DNA of 64,000 nucleotides from Longimicrobiales bacterium (GTDB taxonomy: Bacteria; Gemmatimonadota; Gemmatimonadetes; Longimicrobiales; Gaopeijiaceae): the NCBI GenBank assembly GCA_965238005.1, contig OZ250165.1:2944001-3008000 (forward strand), in the 5' to 3' direction. Shown here piece by piece: positions 23,594 to 34,985 of the stretch. The position numbers were made by a program, and so were the translations under genes. Every line of letters begins with the position of its first letter. The first letter of the stretch is position 1. Below the pieces are notes generated by a model. It saw nothing but the letters and a program-made list of their open reading frames with translations, searched no databases and was not told the DNA's origin.

Positions 23594-25536
23594 GCAAGGA
23601 AGACAGCATGGTCGACCCCCTCCGGTCCCTGATCGACGACGGGCGCGTCCACGTCCTGGACGGCGCCATGGGGACGGAGCTCTACACCCGGGGCGTCTTC
23701 GTGAACGTCTCGTACGACGGGCTCAACCTGGAGACGCCAGACATCGTCGAGGCCATCCACCGGGACTATGTGAGTGCCGGAGCAGAGATCCTTGAGACGA
23801 ACACCTTCGGGGCGAACCCCGTGAAGCTCTCCAGCCACGGCCTGGCCGATCGGACCGAGGAGATCAACCGGGCAGCGGTGCAGCTCGCGCGCCGCGCCGC
23901 GAACGGCAGGGCCGCAGTGGCCGGAGCCATGGGCCCCCTGGGCATCCGCATCGAGCCCTTCGGTCCCACCTCCCGTGAAGAGGCACGGGAGCTTTACGAA
24001 CGGCAGGTGACCGGCCTCTTGGAGGGCGAGGTCGACGGCTTCGTTCTGGAGACTTTCAGTGATCTGAACGAGCTGGAGCAGGCCTTCCGGGCGGTCCGGA
24101 AGAACTCCGACCTCCCCCTCTTCTGCCAGATCACCGTGGGAGAGGACGGGCGTACCTCCTACGGGACGTCGCCCGAGGCCGTGGCGTCGGAGGTCACCCA
24201 CTGGGGAGCCGACGTGATCGGCCTGAACTGCTCGGTGGGGCCCGCGGTCGTGCTCGATGCCGTGGAGCGCATGGCTCGGGTGACCGATCTGCCGTTATCC
24301 GCCCAACCCAACGCCGGCCTCCCGCGGGCGGTAGGCGACCGCAAGATCTACCTGGCGAGCCCGGAGTACATGGCGCAGTACGCCAGACGGATGATCGAGG
24401 CGGGAGCTCGCTTCGTGGGCGGATGCTGCGGAACCAGCCCGGAGCATGTCCGAAAGATCCGGGCGGTGGTGGCCGGTGCCCAGGCGTCTGTTCCACGGGT
24501 GAGAGTGAGCGGCCGCGGTGAGTCGGAGGCCCTCGACGCTCAGCCGGAGATTCCCATGGAGGAGCGCTCCGATTGGGGACGCAAGCTCGCAGAGGGTGCC
24601 TTCGTCACGAGCTTGGAGATCATCCCCCCAAAGGGCTGGAATCCGGCGGGGATGCTCGATCAGTGCCGACGGATACGGGATGCCGGCGCCGACTCCGTGA
24701 ACGTCCTGGACAGCCCACACGCCCGTAGCCGCATGAGCGCCCTTCCCGCCGCGCTGCTGATTCAACAGGACGTCGGGATCGAGACGATCGTCCACTACCC
24801 GTGCAGGGATCGGAACATGACCCGCATGATCAGCGATCTGCTCGGGGCCGCAGCCGGAGGAATAAGCAACCTCCTGATCGTGACCGGACGCCCGCCCACC
24901 ACCGGCCCCCACCCCGACTCCACGGCCGTCCTCGACATCGACTCCATCGGGCTCACGAACGTGGTCCACGGCCTGAACCGAGGCGTCGACCCGGGTGGTA
25001 ACAGCATAGGTAGCCCCACCCGTTTCGTCATCGGGGTCCGGGTGAATCCGGTGGCGGTGGATCAGGAACAGGAGATCGGACGCTTCCGGTGGAAGGCGGA
25101 CGCCGGAGCCCATTTCGTGGTCACGCCTCCCATGTTCGCGCCCGGGCGGCTGACGGACTTCCTCTCCCGAGCGCCGGACCTGGCTGTGCCCGTCGTGGTC
25201 GGCCTAAAGCCCCTGACGTCGGTGGGAGAGGCGGAATTCCTCCACAACGAGGTGCCCGGAGTCGAGGTACCAGCGGAGATCTTCCAGCGGATGACCGACG
25301 CCGAAGCCGGCGGAGCGGAGGCCGCCTTGGCCGAAGGAGTCCGCATAGCCCTGGAAGCGTTCGAGGAGATCCGGGATGAGGTGGCGGGGGTTCACGTCAG
25401 CGTGCCTGTGGACCATCTCGACGGAGCGCTTGAGGTATTGGCGGGGGTCAGGGCTGCCGGTCAGCAGGCGGCCACGGGACTCGCTCCAACACTTTCGCCA
25501 GACGATCCTGCACGCGTCGATGACCCAGGTTGCTAA
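23590..25536 (+). CDS. Bifunctional homocysteine S-methyltransferase / methylenetetrahydrofolate reductase-like fusion (YitJ type)
   Basis: N-terminal [29 protein letters not shown]-terminal [35 protein letters not shown] overlap with metH. Confidence 0.9.
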
Positions 25537-26358
25537 CGTAGACCTTGTTCGCCCCGACGGCCCGGAGCGCCTTGAGGGTCCGGGCCATGACCTCCTCGGG
25601 TGTGGCCCCGGCGTCGAACTCGCGGGTGAGCTCCTCGACGGGAACCGGGAAGAAGTCCTTCAACCTCCCCAAAGTCCCAGGCTTCGCGCTCCAATAGTAG
25701 AAGACGCCGAACAGCCCCGGGGTCGTGACGTTCCGCTTGTCGCACTCCTCGAGGAACGCTTCCACCCTTCCCACGGAGTGATGCGATACCACCTGCGTGA
25801 GGTAGAAGTCCGCCGAGAAGTCCTTTGAGCTCAGGTAATCCACCTGTTTGACGAGATCGCGGTGTGGATTCGCCCAACCGCCGAGGGAGAGTGTGGGTTG
25901 CCGCTTTCGGATCTGCTCCCGGAGGAGGTAGGCGTGGGGCACGCATCGGGGCGGACCCACCGAGGCGTCGCCGCCCACCACGGTTATGGCCTCGAATCCC
26001 AGGGAATGAGCCCGATCGGCGTAGGTGAGGCAGTACGCCAGGGGGTGCTTGCACGTCAGGAAGGGGACGAGTCGGGAGAGGGGCACATCGGATCCCACGT
26101 TGGCTGCCAGGTGGGCCAGATTCTCCTCTTCCCTAGACCCTACGGCGTCGTCGGTCAGGAACACGAAGACGTCGTTTAGAGCCAGGTTGCGGATGGAGTG
26201 GTTGAGGTCGATCCAGGTGTCCATCCCCTCGGACGACGAGAGACCGCTGCGAGGCGGACGAAGCTCTAGGGTGGCGAGCGGACCGGGCCGTTGGAGCATC
26301 TCCACCAGACTCAGGCGAGACTGATCGGAGAAGCGGTCCCAGCCGGCCGGCCGGCTCA

Positions 26359-26362
<4 letters not shown>
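25448..26362 (-). CDS. Stand-alone MTHFR (MetF)-fold protein
   Basis: TLELRPP, LTD, PFLTCKH, TVVGGD, GGWANP, FYLTQ follow the order of MetF barrel motifs. Overlaps the pepP stop. Confidence 0.65.
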
Positions 26363-27771
<1,409 letters not shown>

Positions 27772-27850
27772 GTGTCTTCTCCAGGGTGTGGGCTCGACGT
27801 CCGAAAAATAGGTGGCTCCGAAGCCGCCCCACAACCGGAGTCGTGACCCG

Positions 27851-27880
27851 ATGTGACCCTTCCGGCGCATTCCTCGTCTA
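27851..27880 (+). promoter_or_regulatory. Putative ECF promoter, copy 1 (ATGTGACCC-N13-CTCGTCTA)
   Basis: 17 identical bases with identical spacing to the copy at 29104-29133; ends 48 bp before the lipoprotein ATG. Confidence 0.65.
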
Positions 27881-27928
27881 GTACCCAGCCTCGAAACGGA
27901 AACACACTGCGTTTACAAGGAGAGAACC

Positions 27929-28987
27929 ATGTATAAAGCGCCAGCTACCAGCAACGGAGCCACCGGATTCCTGATGCTGATCTTCCTCCTGTGGGGAGCA
28001 CTCTACATAGGCGGATGCACCGATACACCCAGCGATCCAGGCTTCGACGAAATGCCGCCGATGGAGGACGTGGAGATCGAGATGGCTACTGATCCCGATC
28101 TCACTGCGTCTCTCATCGAAGACGTATCCATCTCCATGACCGCCAACATGACGACCGCGGCCTCCGTCGAGATCTCGACGGCCGAGGGCCTCTTCAGCCA
28201 GGCCCGCGTCGAGTTGACGCGGGGAGACTACGAGCGGGTGCGCTCGCTGGGCGACCAGGCCCGGGAGGCGCTGGGCCGAGCCCTGACGCGGGGGCGGGAC
28301 CGCTCCAGCCTGGATAATTACATCGACCGAACCCGGCACCTGCGCCGGCGTCTCGCAGCCGGTGACACGGACGACTTCGATCGGCCCGCCGAGCTGGAGA
28401 GAGATATCGATCGCCTCCTGGGCGAAGCGACGGCAGCGCTCAGTCGCGGCGACGACGTCACGGCCGGTAAGCGGGTCGTCGAGGCGAACGAGCGGACAGA
28501 CCGGAGTCGTATCAGGCGTCACCGTGGCGATCCCGAGAAGGGCGCCCGGCTGGTCGTGGCCATGGCCAAGCAGGCCGTCGAGCTCGCCAACCGCCTCCTG
28601 AACGGCACGGAGATCGGCGAGCGCCAGCAGCACCTTCTGGACACCGCCGCGCGCCTGGCCGGAGCGTCGGCCGAGGCCTTCCAGAAAGGTCACTTTCGCC
28701 AGGCCATCATGCTCGGCCACAAGGCCGTGAGCGTGTCGCTCATGGCCGTCGTCAGGCCCGAGGGCGTGACGGATGACGAGATCCGAGCCCTCAGCGAACT
28801 GGCCGAATCCGAGCTCGCGGCCGCCAGTGCCGCCCTGGATCTCGAGCCCAACGAAGTTCTCGAGAAGCTCCTGAACCGGGCCGTCGAAGCCTTCGAGTCC
28901 GGTGTCCAGCACGTGGAGAACGGCAACACCCGGGGCATCCAGCTGATCTGGAGAGCCGCGGTCGTGGGAGCGGTGATCGCGAGCTGA
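27929..28987 (+). CDS. Hypothetical all-alpha-helical lipoprotein
   Basis: Hydrophobic stretch plus lipobox-like IGGC, an acidic linker, then Ala/Glu/Arg-rich helical repeats; AGGAG RBS. Confidence 0.7.
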   Translation: MYKAPATSNGATGFLMLIFLLWGALYIGGCTDTPSDPGFDEMPPMEDVEIEMATDPDLTASLIEDVSISMTANMTTAASVEISTAEGLFSQARVELTRGDYERVRSLGDQAREALGRALTRGRDRSSLDNYIDRTRHLRRRLAAGDTDDFDRPAELERDIDRLLGEATAALSRGDDVTAGKRVVEANERTDRSRIRRHRGDPEKGARLVVAMAKQAVELANRLLNGTEIGERQQHLLDTAARLAGASAEAFQKGHFRQAIMLGHKAVSVSLMAVVRPEGVTDDEIRALSELAESELAAASAALDLEPNEVLEKLLNRAVEAFESGVQHVENGNTRGIQLIWRAAVVGAVIAS

Positions 28988-29103
28988 CCCCGCGCATCGA
29001 TGACAGCGGCACAGTGTCGTCGAGCATACGACGTCACGAGCGGCGCCGGGGGGGCGACGCCGGGGGAGCGAGCAGCCCCCTCGGCGTTCGCCGTGTAGTT
29101 GAA

Positions 29104-29133
29104 ATGTGACCCCGACCATGTTTCTCTCGTCTA
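29104..29133 (+). promoter_or_regulatory. Putative ECF autoregulatory promoter, copy 2 (ATGTGACCC-N13-CTCGTCTA)
   Basis: Matches 27851-27880 and ends 29 bp before the sigma factor ATG. Confidence 0.65.
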
Positions 29134-29162
29134 TCCTTTGGGGCCCCGGTACCTTTCCCTCA

Positions 29163-29711
29163 ATGTCAGCGGAAGAACTCAGCGACGGCGAGGTGGTCCG
29201 GGAGATCCTGGGTGGGCAGCGCGAGATGTACCGCGTGCTAGTCCACCGGTACCAGGATGTTCTGTACAGACACGCCTACCGAATGGTGGGCCGGGCGGAC
29301 GACGCTGCCGACATCGTGCAGAAGACCCTGGTGAGCGGCTTCCAGAAGCTGAACCGCTGCCGCGACCCCGAGCGGGTAGGTGGCTGGCTCTTCCGGATCG
29401 CCGCCAACCTCTGCAAGGACTTCCTGAAGAGTCCACGCAGGGACGACCTCTCGCTCGATGGGGCGTCGGCCACGGTCATCGACCGGTCGAGCCCCGACGA
29501 CGACATGGAGCGGGAGGAACTGAAGGAGCGGGTTCAGCAGGCGTTGGAGCGGCTGAGCCCAGAGCAGCGTGAGGCCTTCGTGCTAAAGCACCTTGAAGGG
29601 CGATCGTACGACGAGATAGCGACCCTGCTGGGGGCGTCGAAGTCGGCTCTGAAAATGAGGGTGCTACGAGCCCGAGAGGAGCTCCAGACATTGTTGAAGG
29701 TGTACCGATGA
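29163..29711 (+). CDS. ECF RNA polymerase sigma factor
   Basis: DAADIVQ, WLFRIAANLCKD (region 2); L..LSPEQREAFVLKHLEGRSYDEIA.LLG.S..ALKMRV.RAR (region 4). Confidence 0.92.
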   Translation: MSAEELSDGEVVREILGGQREMYRVLVHRYQDVLYRHAYRMVGRADDAADIVQKTLVSGFQKLNRCRDPERVGGWLFRIAANLCKDFLKSPRRDDLSLDGASATVIDRSSPDDDMEREELKERVQQALERLSPEQREAFVLKHLEGRSYDEIATLLGASKSALKMRVLRAREELQTLLKVYR

Positions 29712-30322
29712 GCACTGATCTGAACGCATACCTGGACGGCGAACGGGACTTCGAAGAGCTGAGCCCCGAAGCCCAGGCGGAAGCCGATGCCTGGCGACGG
29801 CTGACAGGAGAGCTGAAGGCGGACGAGCCGAGGCAGGCTCCGCCCTGGATGGAGAACGCGGTCATGAGCGAGATCGCGCTGACGAGCGCTCCAAAGGAGA
29901 GCGTCTTCGACTAGCTGCTCAGGCCCAGAACCATCCGCCTCTCCCCGTTGACGAGCCTGGCCATGGCCGCCGCGGCCGTGGCTGTCGTAGCGCTGCTCCC
30001 CGACGGGGCGCCGGTGTCGCCGGAGCCCGGGCCCGTCGCCGTAACCGAGATCCTGGTGCAGTTCTCCCTGGAGGCCCCGGGTGCCACGACGGTTGCGGTG
30101 GCCGGCGACTTCAGCGGATGGGCGAGTGACTTCGTCCTGGAGGATGCCGACGGCGACGGGATCTGGACCGGGCGAATCCCCATCACGCCGGGGCTCCACA
30201 AGTACATGTTCGTCATCGACGGTACGGATTGGGTCACGGACCCTGGAGCCCAGCGCTACGCCGACGACGGTTTCGGAAACCGTAACGCGGTCCTGGCGGT
30301 GGCTCCCCCGGCATCGCTGTGA
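29708..30322 (+). pseudogene. Anti-sigma factor with TM helix and C-terminal CBM48/AMPK-beta glycogen-binding domain, interrupted by an in-frame TAG at 29912-29914
   Basis: ORFs 29708-29914 and 29948-30322 are in the same frame: LNAYLDGE...VFD*LLRPRTIRLSP-TM-VAVAGDFSGW...WTGRIPITPGLHKYMFVIDG.DW.TDP...DDGFGNRNAV. Confidence 0.75.
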
Positions 30323-31491
30323 GGATGAGTATCCGGCGCGGCGTTGGCGGGCATGGCCTCGCCAGGACGGCGGGAGCGATCCTCCTGGCCGTCGTGTTGT
30401 GTCCTGCCGGTGCGTCCGGCCAGTGGGGTGACGTGCGCATCGAGGTCGGTGCTTCCCGGGCGTTCGCTCCGTCGGGTACTCACCTCGACGCCGCCACCTA
30501 CATCACGGCTGGGCTGCAGGTGGATCGCTGGACGCCCTCGGGAAGTGGGATCTTCGCGGGCATCTTCGGAGGCATGGCTACCGACTCCATAGGCGGGCAT
30601 TGGGGGAGCTTCGTTCTTGGCGGAGAGGCGGTGGCGGGCGCGGGCGGAGGGGTGGAGCTCAGCCTGTCGGCGTCCACGTACGGCTTTGCGGTCGGCGAGC
30701 CGTTCGTCTACGAAGCGGTCACCGTGGTGGTACGCCCTGAGGTGCGCATCCCCGTAGGACCGGCCGCAATCGTCTTCTACGGCGAGGGTGGCAAGGGATC
30801 GTCCAACATCGAGTTTCGGCGAACCGATCAGGTGAGGGCGTTCTCACAGGATCTCTGGCACTACGGTGGGGGGCCCGAGCTGCAGCTGCGCCTCGGAAGG
30901 GCGCTGACATCGGCGTCCTTCGGAGTGCTGGAGACGGAGAACGGGACGTATCGAAGGGGTGAGCTCCAGGTCCGCGCCGCCGGCACGAACGAATCACTGG
31001 TCGAAGCCACCCTCAGGGTGTGGGACACGCCACTGGGGACGGAGACCACGGGAAGCATCGCGGTGACGGTGCCGTTGGGCGGCCCCAGCTGGTTCGCCCA
31101 GCTCGTGGGCGGCCGGACCGACCCGGATCCGCTGGTGCAGAGCGAGCCCGGTGGACAGGGAGGCCTCGTCATCGGCCGCCGCCTCGTCCGGTTCGGTCCG
31201 AGCGTTGCCACGCCGGTTGTTGCGCTTCGATCGACGCCGGGGGGAGTTGCGGCCCGCTTCCGCCTGGAGGACCGCGATGCCCAGCGCGTAGAGATCCTGG
31301 GTGACTTCTCGGGCTGGGAGCCCCAGCTCATGGCCCGGGACGGCCCAGCGTGGTTGCTGGAGATCCCCCTGACGACCGGCACGTACCACTTCGGTTTTCT
31401 GGTGGACGGTGACTGGTTCGTGCCCGAGGGGGCCCCCGGTCGGGTGAGCGACGACTGGGGACAGATGAACGCTACGCTCGTGGTCCCATGA
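30319..31491 (+). CDS. Predicted outer-membrane beta-barrel protein with a C-terminal CBM48-like glycogen-binding domain
   Basis: Signal peptide ending AGASG/Q, Gly-rich alternating beta strands, then VEILGDFSGWEP...W..EIPL..GTYHFGFLVDG.W...DDWG..NATL. Confidence 0.7.
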   Translation: MRMSIRRGVGGHGLARTAGAILLAVVLCPAGASGQWGDVRIEVGASRAFAPSGTHLDAATYITAGLQVDRWTPSGSGIFAGIFGGMATDSIGGHWGSFVLGGEAVAGAGGGVELSLSASTYGFAVGEPFVYEAVTVVVRPEVRIPVGPAAIVFYGEGGKGSSNIEFRRTDQVRAFSQDLWHYGGGPELQLRLGRALTSASFGVLETENGTYRRGELQVRAAGTNESLVEATLRVWDTPLGTETTGSIAVTVPLGGPSWFAQLVGGRTDPDPLVQSEPGGQGGLVIGRRLVRFGPSVATPVVALRSTPGGVAARFRLEDRDAQRVEILGDFSGWEPQLMARDGPAWLLEIPLTTGTYHFGFLVDGDWFVPEGAPGRVSDDWGQMNATLVVP

Positions 31492-31516
31492 AGGGGGGAC
31501 TCAAATGACTTGCGAC

Positions 31517-32233
31517 ATGAAGGTAAAGAGAAGCCTGATCCTGGCGGCGGTTCTGGCCGCTGGATCGGCGAACGCTCTGTTCGGACAGGATCGGGCGGCC
31601 CGTGTTCGGGAGGCCTATTCCCCAGAGGCGGCGGCACAGATCGAGGCTCTCGTGGCGGAGGCCGGGCGCAACGGAGTCCCGGCGGCTCCTCTGTATGACA
31701 AGGCGCTGGAAGGGGCCGCGAAGCGGGTCCCGACGGCCCGGGTCATGCCGGCACTCCGAGAGTACTCGGGGCGGATGCAGCGGGCTCAGGGCCTCCTGGG
31801 CGGCACACGTGAAGTGTCCTGGGTCGTAGCCGGGGCCGACGCCCTACGTCGCGGAGTCGCGGGCGACGCCCTGACCTCGATCGGGCGGGAAGCAGGCGCC
31901 CGGACCCCCATGGCGCTCGTGGTAATGGGCGACCTGGTGGAGGCCGGAGTGCCCGCCGGACGAGCCATTGAGGTCATGCAGGAGGCGTTGGTGAGGACCA
32001 ATGGAGAGGAAGGCCTGCTGGAAGTCCCCACGGCACTGCACCGACTGGTGCGTGAAGGTGCTCTGGCCCCGGACGCCGCCGGACAGATGCTCCGGGCCAT
32101 GAGGGATGGTGTATCACTTCGCCGGGTGCGCCATCGGGCACCGGGGCGTCCCCACACCCGGCCCCACACTCGGCCCCACGCGCGGCCCGTTCCCCAGGGA
32201 TCCGATCCGACACGGGTCAGGACGTCAGGTTAG
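31517..32233 (+). CDS. Hypothetical secreted alpha-helical protein
   Basis: Signal peptide MKVKRSLILAAVLAAGSANALFG, helical body (KALEGAAKRVP), Pro/His/Arg-rich tail; last gene of the ECF operon. Confidence 0.7.
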   Translation: MKVKRSLILAAVLAAGSANALFGQDRAARVREAYSPEAAAQIEALVAEAGRNGVPAAPLYDKALEGAAKRVPTARVMPALREYSGRMQRAQGLLGGTREVSWVVAGADALRRGVAGDALTSIGREAGARTPMALVVMGDLVEAGVPAGRAIEVMQEALVRTNGEEGLLEVPTALHRLVREGALAPDAAGQMLRAMRDGVSLRRVRHRAPGRPHTRPHTRPHARPVPQGSDPTRVRTSG

Positions 32234-32271
32234 GTCAGCCCTCCCACTCCTCCGGCCTCGATCAGTCGGTA

Positions 32272-34428
32272 CTACCCACCCGCCGTGACGCTGGGCCCTT
32301 CCTCCACCAGCCAGTGGTGGAACCAGCTTCGGATCCTCTCCAGTCGGTCCACCAATAGCCACGGCTCGCCCGTTCTCGATAGCCCGTGAGAGGACCGCGG
32401 GTAGCGGACCATCTCCACCGGCACCCCCAGCTTCTTCAGAGCCATGAACCACTGCTCCCCGTCCCCGATCGGCGTCCGGAAATCGTGCTCGCTGTGGATG
32501 ATCAGCGTGGGAGCCGTGACGTTTTCGACGTAGGAGATGGGCGACAGGCGTCGATAGAGGTCCCGCCGCTCCCAGGGCTCCCCATAGAACTCGTACCGGA
32601 TCAGGCCCTGGGCGTCGGAGGAGCCCCACCAGCTCTCCCAGTTGGCGACTGAGCGAGAGGTCACGGCGGCGTGGAAGCGATCCGAGGTCGCCGTGAGCCA
32701 GTTGGTCATGTATCCCCCGTAGCTCCCGCCGGAAACGCCAAGTCGGCTGGCGTCCGCATCGGGATACTTGGCCAGCGCCGCGTCCAGGCCCGACAGGAAG
32801 TCCTCGCTGTCCATGACGCCCCACTGCCCGCGCGTGGCGTACTTGAAGTCGTGCCCGTACGCTCTCGACCCGCGAGGGTTGGAGTAGAGGACGAAGAAGC
32901 CGGCCGCCGACAGGACGTGGAACGTCGGAAAGAAGGTGTTGCCGTACGCGCGGTGGGGTCCTCCGTGGATCTTCAGGATCAGCGGATACTTCCGTCCCGG
33001 TTGGTAGTTCACTGGCTTGATGACCCATCCCTCGATCTGCACGCTGTCACCTACGGTCCAGGTGAGACGCTCGGGTGCCACCAGAGTGACGTCCGAGATC
33101 CACTCCTGGTTCAGCGTCGTCGCCTGGCGCTCGCCGGTGCCGTCGCCCCGCGCAACGAAGAGCTCGGTTGGGGTCACGGCGTCGGTGCCCGCGTAGGCCA
33201 TGATGTGACCGCGCTCCGAGAGGGAGATGCTGCTGAGCCGCCGCTCGCCGCGCGTGACCTGCGTGACGGGGCCTCCGGATGCCGGGACCCGGAAGAGGTG
33301 GCGATCACCACCGATGGACGCCTCGAGCAGGATCCCGGTTCCGTCAGCGGTCCACTCCGGAGGGCCCGGGTCCAGATCCCAATCCACAGTCAGGTTGACG
33401 GGCGAGCCCTGGAAGCGGCCGTCGGCTCCGAGGTCCACCACCATGAGGTCCTGATGCCCTCCCCGCTCGGCCGTGTACTGGAAGGCCAGGCGTGCCCCGT
33501 CGGGAGACGGGGCCGGTGACGTTTCGGAGCCCGGGTTGGTTGTGATCCTGGTGACGGAGCCATCGGGCACACGCGCAAGCCAGATGTCCTGAGTCAGCTC
33601 TTCGTTGGTCTCGTCGTACTGGAGCTCGTCCCCGGTGAAGAACAGGACGCGACCGTCGGCCGACCAGCGGGCGTCGGACTTGTCGAAGGGAAGCTCGGTC
33701 AGGCGGCGCGGCACCCCGCCCTCGGCCGAGACCAGATACAGCTCAGTGGCGTCATTCACGGACGGGTGCGGCTGAAGCGTCAGCGTCCCATCGCGCTTGT
33801 AGCGGGTCGAGGTGATGACCCGGCCGTCGAAGCGCTCGGGGTCCGAGGTATTGGAGAGAGCGTCGGGGGCGACCCAACCCTCCTGCTCCTCCGTGGACGA
33901 GTCCCCGGGCTGAGCCAGGTAGGCGATCCACTGGCCGTCCTGCGACCACACGGGATCGCCACGAACACCGTCGATGTGGAAGGCCTCTCCGCCTCGAGCC
34001 GAGACCCGGACGAACCATGTCGAGTTGGCGTCTTCGCCACGCTCCGACGTGAAGGACAGGAGAGACCCGTCGGATGACCAGATGGGGGAGTAGGAGTCTT
34101 CCGTCGGGTCGGTGAACCGATACGCCTCACCGTCTGGGCGCCCGTTCTCGAGCGGCTGCATCCAGAGCTCGCGTTGCCGGCGGTTCTCCTCCTCTAGGAC
34201 GTGCGTCACCGTGAACGCCACGAGATCCCCAGCGGGCGAAACGGCCACATCACCCACCGTCACGATGTCATAGTAGTCCTCGGGCTGGAAGCCACGCTGC
34301 TGGCCGACGATGGGAGTCAGGGCCCCCAGGACCAGCAACCACACCGGAGTCACCAGGCTTGGAGTACTTCTCGGGATCGCCCTCACTATAGTCTCCATCT
34401 CACTCCCGTAGCGGGCCACATGTCTCAT
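32272..34428 (-). CDS. S9 family (prolyl oligopeptidase / acylaminoacyl) peptidase with beta-propeller
   Basis: WD40/PD40-like repeats (WSSDG, WSQDG, WSADG, PSPDG), IHGGP, NPRGS, GGSYGGY, EHDFRTP, SSHG. ATG 34428 overlaps the upstream stop (TGATG). Confidence 0.92.
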   Translation of the reverse strand: MRHVARYGSEMETIVRAIPRSTPSLVTPVWLLVLGALTPIVGQQRGFQPEDYYDIVTVGDVAVSPAGDLVAFTVTHVLEEENRRQRELWMQPLENGRPDGEAYRFTDPTEDSYSPIWSSDGSLLSFTSERGEDANSTWFVRVSARGGEAFHIDGVRGDPVWSQDGQWIAYLAQPGDSSTEEQEGWVAPDALSNTSDPERFDGRVITSTRYKRDGTLTLQPHPSVNDATELYLVSAEGGVPRRLTELPFDKSDARWSADGRVLFFTGDELQYDETNEELTQDIWLARVPDGSVTRITTNPGSETSPAPSPDGARLAFQYTAERGGHQDLMVVDLGADGRFQGSPVNLTVDWDLDPGPPEWTADGTGILLEASIGGDRHLFRVPASGGPVTQVTRGERRLSSISLSERGHIMAYAGTDAVTPTELFVARGDGTGERQATTLNQEWISDVTLVAPERLTWTVGDSVQIEGWVIKPVNYQPGRKYPLILKIHGGPHRAYGNTFFPTFHVLSAAGFFVLYSNPRGSRAYGHDFKYATRGQWGVMDSEDFLSGLDAALAKYPDADASRLGVSGGSYGGYMTNWLTATSDRFHAAVTSRSVANWESWWGSSDAQGLIRYEFYGEPWERRDLYRRLSPISYVENVTAPTLIIHSEHDFRTPIGDGEQWFMALKKLGVPVEMVRYPRSSHGLSRTGEPWLLVDRLERIRSWFHHWLVEEGPSVTAGG

Positions 34429-34808
34429 CACCCCTCGAGGTAATCCACCGGTGCCGGCGAGCGAAGGGGATCGGGACCGAATCGGTTGGGCCCCATGGTG
34501 CCCGTCCGGAAGAGCAGCACCAGAGCGAAGTATATGTTGTAGATAGGGATGACGAGCAGCCACCAATGCCGCCCTGGGCGGTCGAGGTCATGAAGCCGCT
34601 TCACGGCGATGGCGATCTGGGTGACCACGGCTGCGACAACGATGCCCAGGAACGGGACGATCATGGGGACCACGCCGACGATGCCCGCCAGTGTCACCAC
34701 CATCGCGATCAGGCCCAGGACAACAATTCCGTCGAGCAGCGTATGCCAGAAGTACCACCAGCGATTCGCTCGCCCGCGGAAGGAAAAGAGCTCGAGGATG
34801 ACGTCCAT
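34428..34808 (-). CDS. DUF805 family membrane protein
   Basis: LFSFRGRANR..YF, AIAVKRLHDLDRPG, G..GPNRFGPDP. Confidence 0.85.
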   Translation of the reverse strand: MDVILELFSFRGRANRWWYFWHTLLDGIVVLGLIAMVVTLAGIVGVVPMIVPFLGIVVAAVVTQIAIAVKRLHDLDRPGRHWWLLVIPIYNIYFALVLLFRTGTMGPNRFGPDPLRSPAPVDYLEG

Positions 34809-34817
34809 GGTATCTTC

Positions 34818-34859
34818 AATTGCAAGGCTGATGCCAATAATTGCAAGGCTGACGCCGAC
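34818..34859. repeat. Two near-identical 21-bp tandem units
   Basis: aattgcaaggctgatgccaat followed by aattgcaaggctgacgccgac, just upstream of the DUF805 start. Confidence 0.7.
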
Positions 34860-34985
34860 GGGCGCAAGGGGACCCCGAATGTGGGTCACACGGTAGGAGA
34901 CCCATGCGTTCCGATCCCGTGAGGACTGAGGTTCTGGGATGGTGACACGACCGACCGTCGACGCATCCCGGGTCCTGAGGGCTCT

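Noticed and set aside
29912..29914. Genome-wide amber recoding or pyrrolysine
   Set aside because: TAG ends several conserved genes at their expected C-termini (lptG, dapF, TonB receptor), and no pyl genes or suppressor tRNA are visible.
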